Origin: Blastocladiella emersonii ATCC 22665
Taxonomy: Eukaryota > Fungi > Blastocladiomycota
Direction: 5' to 3'
Assembly (NCBI GenBank): GCA_025594325.1
Contig: JANHCV010000009.1
Location: 1,302,001-1,366,000, forward strand
DNA: 64,000 bases
Of the stretch, positions 55,582 through 64,000 are shown piece after piece (the first letter of the stretch is position 1; each line of letters opens with the position of its first letter). The notes beneath the pieces were generated by a model, which did not search any database, was not told the origin of the DNA, and saw only the letters and a list, made by a program, of their open reading frames with translations. A program made the position numbers and the translations under genes.

Positions 55582-56714
55582 ATGAACAGAACGACTGTTT
55601 TCGGACTTCCCGTACGTCCGACGGCCAAGCGGACGTGGCGACCCTCGTCAAAAACTGACGCAGGGACATCTAGGTTGTTTTCGAGACTTCCGGCCCGCTG
55701 GCCTCGGGCACGGAGAAGAGCGTCGGCTTCTTGTTTACCGAGAATGAGACCAACATCATTACTCGCGAGCGTGGCGGTTCGGGCTTTCGCACCGGCGTGA
55801 CCAAGATTCCAGCGACGTTTTGCCAGGGCGACTTTGTTCTCGCCTTCGCTCCCTGTGCGGATCGCGGTGGGTGGACTGCGGCCCTTTGCTTTGACACGGA
55901 TCGGCTTCCATGCGATCTGCTCTGCGATGCTGTTCTCGAGGTCGAGCAGAAGTCGTTCTGTGTAGCATCGTTCGCCGTTCGGAACGGGTCTACTGCAGGG
56001 TGCTACATTGCACTCGTTCCGTCGTTCGACCCGGACATGGTGTTCAAGTATTACTCGACCGTCAAGGTTCGCTTCACCAAGGCAAGTCGTGCTTGGAAGC
56101 CTGCCTCGTCGCTGTCAACTACGAACACGGCGTCTCAAGCTGCGACCACGTGCTCCAGTGCGTCCGACGTCAAGAGCTCGTCGAATGAATCTACTGCTGA
56201 CTCGGCGAGTCCTGGGGTACCAGCCGTCGACCTTTCCCTTCTCGGCTCGATTCACGACCCAGACATCTGCAGCGTGTCGTTCCTGCCGAGCGGCGCCTCG
56301 TCGGCCATCTTTGCTTCTCACACGATTCTCGCGGTGCGGTCACCCTTCTTCTCGGCTAAGTTTCGCCGCGAATGGGTCGCGTCCGTCGCCAACCACGAGC
56401 CCATCAAGCTTCCGACCTGGGATCTCGCGGCGTTCGCGGTCATCGTCGCACATTTATACTCCCGCTGGGTCCCGTCCGAGTCCAGTACAGTGCCCGACGC
56501 GGTCAAGTCGGCCCTTGCGCGCATGGGCGTGCAGCTCAGCTCGCTCGAAGACTTTGACGTGCTTACCAACTGCTTTGACCTGGCCGAGTACCTCGAGTGT
56601 ACCGAGCTTGTATCGGCTCTCGAGCCTCTCATCGTCGCCTCGATCGCAAAGCGGGTGCGCGCCGTGAAGCTTGCTCCAACCAAGTTTTCCTCAAGCGCCA
56701 CCTCCCACCAGTAG
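55582..56714 (+). CDS. BTB/POZ-domain protein copy 2 (intron 55612-55673), beta-rich (MATH-like?) N-terminal half
   Basis: SVSFLPSGASSAIFASHTILAVRSPFFSAKFRREW..IKLPTWDLAAFAVIVAHLYS; phase-0 intron at the same position as in copy 1. Confidence 0.82.
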
Positions 56715-56974
56715 GCGCAGTTCAGGGTCGCCAGTATGGGGCCCATTGACCGTTGCTTTCATGCCCGTTTCGTGATCAATACAACCCGCAGTTTTCGTCT
56801 CTCGCCTGAAGAATGTCGTGCGAGGTCGCTGAAGGTAGGTTGGAGACGCGATGCGCCACCCACGTGCGGTTCGCTGTCGCCGACCTCCCCGCTTTCGCCT
56901 TCCCCGCCGACCCTCCTCCTCTCGCCCTCACCACCCCCTAAAGCACCACGCAACTAGATGCAATAACCCCCAAA

Positions 56975-58089
56975 ATGGGCGCCATTAGCAAGGATGCGAC
57001 CACTGCGAGCGACGCGCCGAGTATGGCGCCGCTGACCTACGACCCGATGCTGCCGCTGAGCGAGATCGCCGATTTCTACGGCACTTCCGACTGCGCCCCG
57101 CCGGCCGAAGCCCCGCGCCCGCGGCCGTACGTCTGGTGCAACTCGCTCGTCACGCTCGACGGGTACCTGTCGTACCACGAGCCCGGCGACACGGGCGTCT
57201 TGTGCGCTTCGCTTGGTTTGTTCTTCCGTGGACGCAGCGCTGACGATTCCCACCGTGTAGCGGCGTCGCCATGAAGCCGTGGTACCCGAAGCTCTCGAGC
57301 GTCGACTTTCGCATGCTGCACGCTGGGTACGCTGCTTACCACCCTACCTCTCGATCGTCGCTCATTCACCATCCCCGAGTGTAGCTGGGCCCACTCGGAC
57401 GCGATCCTGATCACGGCGAGCGAGCTGCGCAACGAGCCCGAGGCGCAGATCCGCGTCCTGTACGGTCCCCTCCCACTGCGACCTCCCGCCCTCCCCACTG
57501 ACCGCGGCCACCGAATAGCTTCGACGACCTCATCGAGTACCGCCAGACGGTCCTCGGCAAACCCGCACAGCCGTGCCTGGTGATCCTGACGCGGACGGGC
57601 GCGATCCCGGCCGAGCACCCGGTGTTCCATCCGCCCAAGGACCGCCCGACGCACTCGCAGTACCCGATCCTGGTCGTGACGACGACCGCGGGGCTCGCGG
57701 CCCTCCCTCGCGCCGCGCTCGCGCAAGCGGACAACCCGCCGACGTGCCTCGCGCTCGACGACCCGGAGACGGGCGGCGTGTCGTTTGCTGCGCTCTTTGA
57801 GCACCTGTGGCGGAACTGCGGGGTGCGTCACGTCGACGTGGGCGCGGGCGGCGACGTGATCCAGCAGCTCGTCGTGGGCAAGTTCATTGACGAGATGCGC
57901 ATGACGCTCGCGGCGCAGCTGGCGGGCGGGATTTCGAGTTTGGGCGCACGCCGGCCGCACTTCTTCCCGACGCGCGACGGGAAGCACCTGTTCACGGCCG
58001 ACACGGCGCCGCACATGGAGATCCGCGGCGTGCGCACCGCCGGCCGCCGGCTCCTGTTCCTGCGCATGGACGTCAAGTACCGCCACTAG
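56975..58089 (+). CDS. RibD C-terminal / DHFR-fold reductase family protein, 4 exons
   Basis: NSLVTLDGY, SDAILITASELRNEP and VDVGAGGDVIQQLVVGKFIDEMRMTLAAQLAGG motifs; introns 57202-57260, 57327-57384 and 57460-57518 all restore the frame. Confidence 0.8.
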
Positions 58090-58165
58090 TAGGGATTGAG
58101 TTTGATTGGACTGAAATGTATCGCACCACTTTGCTTTCACAACACTGATGAGAACACGAGGGACA

Positions 58166-61100
58166 CTAGCGGAACTGAGTGAAGGCCGGGTTCCCGCCAA
58201 ACGCCGACGGCTTGGCCGGCTGCTGTTGCTGACCGCCGCCGCCAAACGCGTTCTGCCCCGCCGACTGCTGCTGCGCGAGCGCACCGAACCCGACGGGCTT
58301 GTTGGCGAAAGAGCTGAACCCGGACGACGACGCGCCGCCCGCTGCCGCACCGAACGCCGATGGTGCACCCGCGGCGGCGGCACCGAATGACGACGGGGCG
58401 CCGAATCCACTCGAAGCACCGAACGCGGGGGCGGCGGGCGCGGACCCAAACGCCGAGGGCTGGCCGAACGCGGAAGTCTGGCCAAACGCCGGGGCAGATG
58501 ACGGGGTCGCGGGCACCGCGCCGAATCCGAACGACTGGCCGAACGCTGAAGGCTGGCCGAACGCGGAAGTTTGACCGAACGCAGAAGTCTGACCGAAGGC
58601 GGAGGGCTGCGAGGTCGCACCAAAAGCGGACGGCTGCGATGTGGCGCCGAACGCGGATTGCTGCGAGGTCGCACTGAACGCGGACGGCTGCGAGGTCGCA
58701 CCAAACGCGGACGGCTGCGAGGTCGCGCCGAACGGCGACGCAGATGCGGCCGCGGCGGGCGCGTTGAACATGCCGGACGGCTTGAACCCGAACGCCTGGC
58801 CGGGGGCGGCACTGGTGGCGGGGGCCGAGTCCGCGGACGGGACGGCGAAGACTTTGCTCACCACCCCCGGCTTCGGCGGCGCGCCGAGGCCAACAAACCC
58901 GCCGCCGCCGTTACTGCCGCCGAAGCCGGACGCGGGCGGGGCCGGCGCGGGAGCGAAGCCGGACGCCGACGAGGACGGAGCAGCGGGAGCCGACGAGTCG
59001 TCCATATCGTACATGGCGTCGTCGTCGCCATCGGTGAACACCTGCGAGCTGGCGGCGCTGGCCGAGAACGCGTCCGAGGCGCCGACGTTGACGTACTCGT
59101 CGTCCTCGTCGTCCATCTGGACGGGCGACGCGCCCGACGGGGTCGCGGGCGACGGGCTCGCGGGCGACGGGCTCGCGGCGCGCTGCGGCGAGGGCGGCGC
59201 GATGAGGACCGTGGACGCGAGCTTGGGCGACGGCGAGGACGAGGCCGCCGACTTGGCCGGCGACGCGTCGGCAGCAGCGACCGCGGGCTTGACGGCCAGG
59301 GACGCGGGCGTAGGCGTTGCGGGCGCCGGGACAGCGGCCGCCGCCGCAGGTACAGGTGCAGGTGCGGGGGTCGACGGCGACTTGGGAGGCGCCTTGCCGT
59401 CCTCCTCCTCCTCCTTCTTCTCAGCGACCGCGGGCGGGGCGCCAAACACGAACCCAGTCGCCGGCGCGCCGGACGGAGCCGCGGCGCCGAACCCGCCGGT
59501 CGCGGGCTTACCGCCAAACGAGAACCCCGCGAATCCAGGGCCCGACGACGGCGCGGCGCCGAACGCGGGCGGCGGCGCGGGCATCGCGAACACGGGCGCG
59601 GCCTTGGTCGCTGCGGGCGCGTTCGGGTTGGCGGTCTCGCACGACGAGCACTGCGTCGCGTCCTTGGCGTTGGTGATCATGCAGACGTCGCACGTCCACG
59701 AGCCCGCGGGCTTCGCGAACTTGGACATGTCGAACCCGCCGGCCGCGGGCTTGGGCGCCGGGGCGGCCGTGACGGTGGGCGACTTGGACGCGGCAGTGGG
59801 CTCCTCGGCCTTCTTCGCCGGCGGCGCGGGGGACGCGGGCCGGCTGGGCGGCGACTTGGGCCGCTCGGGCGTCGCGACGGCGGGGAACGCGAACGCGGGT
59901 GCGGCGGTCGCGGAACCAGCGGTCGCGGCAGTGGTGACGGGCTTGCCGCCGAACGAGAACCCGGGGAACGCCGGGCCCGACGACAAGGAAGTGCTGGGCG
60001 GGCCGCCGAACGTGGGCATGCCGAACACGGGCGCGGCCTTGGTCGCCGCAGGCGCGTTCGGGTTGGCCGTCTCGCAGGAGGAGCACTGCGTCGCATCCTT
60101 GGCGTTGGTCACCATGCAGACGTCGCACGTCCACGAGCCCGCGGGTTTCGCGAACTTGGACATGTCGAACCCGCCGGCCACGGGCGCCGCGGGCATCGCG
60201 AACACGGGCGCGGCCTTGGACGCCGCGGGCGCGTTCGGGTTGGGCTCCTCGCACGACACGCACTTGGTCGCGTCCTTGGCGTTGGACAGGGCGCACACGC
60301 CGCACGTCCACGAGCCCGCGGGCTTGGCGAACTTGGACATGTCGAACTTGCCGACGACGGCGGGCGCCTTGGCCTTGGGCGACTCGGGCTGCGACTTCTC
60401 TTCCTTGGTCGACGTCGACGCGGCCGCAGCAGCGACAGGCGACTTGGGCGCTGCGCCGAACGCGGGGAACGCCATCTTGGGCGCAGCCGCAGCGGCCGAC
60501 GCCGCAGGCGCACCGAACGGAGACGCGGCCGGCTTGTCGGCAGCAGCGGGCGCGCTGGCGGGACGCCGCGCGTCAGCCGTTGCGGGCGCCGACGACGGGG
60601 CCGCGAACATGCCGAACCCGGTCCCGGCGGCGGTCTTGGCGGGCTCGCGCTTGGCGGCCGGCGCAGCAGCGGGCGTGGACGCGGACTTGCCCTTGGACCG
60701 CGCGGGCGACGCGGCACGCGGGGCCTTCTTCGGCTTCGCGGCCGACTTCTCCTTCTTGGCCTTCGGCTTCGCCACGGGCACAGGCGCGAGTGTCTGGACC
60801 GCGGCCGACTTGGCCTGGGCGGGCACGGGCGCGACCTTGGGCTCGCGCGGGACGGGGAGGATGTGGAGCCCAGCTGGCTGCTGCCCTGCCGCATACGACT
60901 GCTGCGGGGGCGGCGGGGAGGGCGACCCGCGGCGGCCGCCGATAGTCGAACGGCGGTGGCCGGCACCAGCGCGGGCTTCGGCCCACGACACGCCGCACGC
61001 GGTGCAGTCAGCCGCGTCGACGGGGTTGCGGGCGCGGCACGCGGGGCAGGTCCAGGTCGGCGGCGCGACGACGTGCGGCTTGACGAGCCCGTCGTCGCCG

Positions 61101-64000
61101 CGCTTGGCGCCGAGGCGCGTGCGGAGCGCGGCGAACGCGGCCTTGCGCTTTGCGGCGGGCGAGGGCGCGGTCACCTCGGCGAGGGTCAGCGCGGCGGTGG
61201 CGGACGCGCGCTTGGCGAGGGCAGGCTCGGGCGCCGTGGCGGCGGTGGCAGCGGTACCGCCGACGCGGAACGGCATCGGAATCTCGTCGTCCTCCTCGCC
61301 GTCGTCAATGACGAGCAGGTTCATGGCCTCGAGGCGCTCCGTGAGCCCGGCGACGAACCGGGCGCTGTCGTTGATCTTGTCGCCGACGTTTTTGAGGGCG
61401 CGGTGGATGAGGTGCATGGTGATCGGCTCGACGCGCGGTCTCGCGTCCGCCGCCGCGCGCTCAGCGGCCTCGCGCTTGGTGATGGCGCGGGCGACCTCCT
61501 CGAGCTCCTTGATCCGGCGGCCAACGCGGTCCAGGTTGGCGCGAAGGCGCTCGCGCTGGGCGGCCTGCTCGGGCCCGAGCCCCGTGAGCCCGAGATCCTC
61601 GCCGCGGCGGACGCGGTCAGCGATCTCGCGGAGCTGGGCGATCTTGGCCTGGACGCGGTCGAGGGCGTCGCGGGTTGCGGTGGCGCGGGCGAGCGAGTCG
61701 TCGAGCGACGCCTGCCACGCGACCATCTTGGACCCGAGGACCACGAGGTCGTCCGAGATCCCGGTCCACCGCGCGGTGGGCGCCGGGTGGTACGCGATGG
61801 CGTGCGCGAGCTCGGCGCGGCGCGCGCGCACCGCCTCGATCAGCACGTGGATGCCCTTGCACAGGTCCTGGAACGCGAGCTCCGGGTCACCCGCCTGCGT
61901 GAAGGTCGGCAGGATGAGCGCGCCGGGTGGGATCGCGGGCTCCTCCTCCTCCTCGCTGGACGACTCGGTATCGCTGGACTCGGCCGACTCCTCGTCGTCC
62001 GACAGCAGGTACCGCGTGACGCCGACGGGGACGGGCGACGGCGGCATCTGGCTGTCGGGCTCGGGCGCGGTGACGTCGGCGACCGGGTACTCGTCGGCCT
62101 CGTCGCCCGTCTCGCTCTCGTCGCCGTCGGAGAAGCGGTCCTCGACATCGTCCTCGTACCCGCCGACCTCCTCGCCGGCGTGGTGGTCGTCGTCGCCGCT
62201 GCTGCGCGAGTACTCGGCATCGGACCCGCTACGGTCTTGGTCGTTGCCAGCGTCATCGTCATCGACATCGTCATCTTCGTCGCTGCGGTCGCTGCCACTC
62301 ACGTCCTCGTACCCGCTTCCATCGCTCTCCTCCTCCTCGTCGTCCTCGTCCGAGTGCGCTGCACGGCGGCGGGCGACGGGGACGGCGTTGACGGTGCCGA
62401 GCCGCGCGTCGAGACTGGCCTGGCGTGGGTCGGCCGTAGGGGTGGCGGTGGCGGGAGACGGGCCCAGACGCGAGAAAATCGACTGATTCTTCGCCGGCGC
62501 GTCGTCCTGCTTCTTCTCGCCCGCGAACGGCGACTTGGCAGCGGCCCCGGCGCCACCAATACCGCCGAACCCGGCGCCGCCGAGACTGCCGAACCCGGTG
62601 AACGCGGGCTTCGGGGGCTGGTCGGGTGCGGGCGCAGCGGCCGCACCGAACGGCGAGCCCGTTGTGGGCGCACCCGTAGCAGCGGCCGCGCCGAACGAGG
62701 TCGTGGACAGGACAGGCTTGGGCGCCGCGAACAGCGGTTTGGCGGCGGCGGCGCCGGAGGTGAAGGGCGAGGCCGTCGATCCCGACGACGTGAACGAGAA
62801 GGGCAGGGACTTAGCGGGCGCCGCGGGCTCGCTGGCAGCGGCGGGCTTGGCCGGGAGCGCGCCGAACGCGAAGCCCGAGGCGGGCGCGGGCGGCGGGGGT
62901 GGCGGGACTGCCACAGCCGCGGCGGCCGACGGGGCGGGGAGCGGCGCGGGGGCGACCATGCCGGCGAACTGCTTGCGTTCGTTGACGATGGGCATGTCGT
63001 AGACGTGCCACGCGACGAGGGTGCCCTCGTCGGTCAGGACCCATACGACGGGGAGGGCGGGGACGGGGCGGTCGTCTTCGGGGGACGGCGAGGGGAGGGT
63101 GGCGGTGGCGGTCCAGTCGATGGCGCACGCGACGGGGACAGCCTCGGCGCCGCGGTCGGCGGCGTCCTCGGGGGTCGGGACGATGGCGCGCACGTTCTCG
63201 TCGAGAACCCAGACGTCGAGCGGGGTGCCGGCGGCGACGAGGGTGTCGGTGGAGGCGGAAGTGGCGGCAAAGAGGAGCGGGGCGGTGGTGGCGCCTGGGA
63301 TCGGGGCAAAGTAGACGTCGACGGGCTTGTTCTCGCCCTCGAAGGTCGGGAACACGGGCGCGGTGGGCGCGAGGCGGTGCGAGTTGTCCTTCTGCAAAGA
63401 GCGGGCGGATGGCGCGGAGTCAGCGAATGCACGTCTCGAGCGCCTGCGCGTTTAGCGTACCCAGTTGTAGAACGAGGTGGCGAGATCGCGGGTCTCGGGG
63501 TCGGCGTAGACGATGACGACCGTCTCGTTGGTGAGCCAGTGGAGGGCGACGACGGCCTTGGTCTCGGTGGCCTCGTGGACGAGCGCGGGGTGCGAGTCCT
63601 TGACGTCGCCGGCAGCCGTGATCTGGGTCAGGGCGCCGGCCGCGTCGGCGTAGATGAGGCGCTTGCCCTTGGGGCTCCACGACGCGGCGGTGATGCCCTT
63701 GCCGGCCTGGTACGCGGTCAGGGCGCCCGAGGCGAGGTCGAGGACCCACAGGTCGCCCTCGTTGGAGAGCACGGCGGCTGTGGTGGCGGCGGCATCGGGG
63801 TTGGGCACAATGGCGCGCAGCGTGGTGCCTGAGGGCAGGTCGACGGTGAAGCGCCGCGTCGCGTTCTAGACGAGTGGATCGTGGGTTAGCGGCGGTCTGC
63901 CACGACGGTGGCAGTTCATGAGAACGTACGCCAGCCTTTAGCGCGGCCGTGTCGAGCGCGACGATGCGCGACTCGGACCCGACGATCACCGAGAGCCCGT
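58166..64000 (-). CDS. NUP214: Nucleoporin NUP214/Nup159 homologue, 5'-partial, with RanBP2-type zinc fingers and FG repeats
   Basis: Beta-propeller with ASWSPKGKRL; introns 63866-63929 and 63392-63460; acidic tract, coiled coil, four W-x-C-xx-C-xxx-N-x6-C-xx-C fingers, C-terminal PSAFG repeats. Confidence 0.88.

Overview
Eukaryotic, GC-rich window with short (about 60-75 nt) GT-AG introns carrying CTRAC branch points. The axonemal-dynein assembly factor WDR92 and the RNI-like LRR, WW-type ankyrin and BTB families suggest a zoosporic fungus such as Blastocladiomycota (inference). Architecture: (1) A near-identical inverted duplication of at least 4.5 kb (1-4517 vs 36403-40883) carries a Q/P-rich protein gene that is TM-anchored in the complete copy; the arms flank a ~32-kb spacer. 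(2) The spacer holds host genes (GPI-like Ser/Thr protein, WDR92, proteasome beta2) followed by a ~28-kb lower-GC accessory island (~8370-36400). The island contains an LRR gene, a second diverged ~1.8-kb inverted repeat pair enclosing three F-box-like paralogues and a decayed Helitron Rep, an internally deleted Ty3/Gypsy element with a tRNA-Ala-type PBS, and three paralogues of a family with ubiquitin-like and orphan C-terminal domains, two of them led by a Gag-capsid-like domain. (3) The right part holds a long disrupted TM/low-complexity gene, an ankyrin pseudogene, an ankyrin + P2X7-ballast-like fusion, an intronless bacterial-type APC permease, two BTB paralogues sharing a conversion-like tract, a RibD_C reductase, and a NUP214/Nup159 with RanBP2 zinc fingers. 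No rRNA, tRNA gene or CRISPR array was seen. All domain calls come from motif recognition by eye; no database searches were run.
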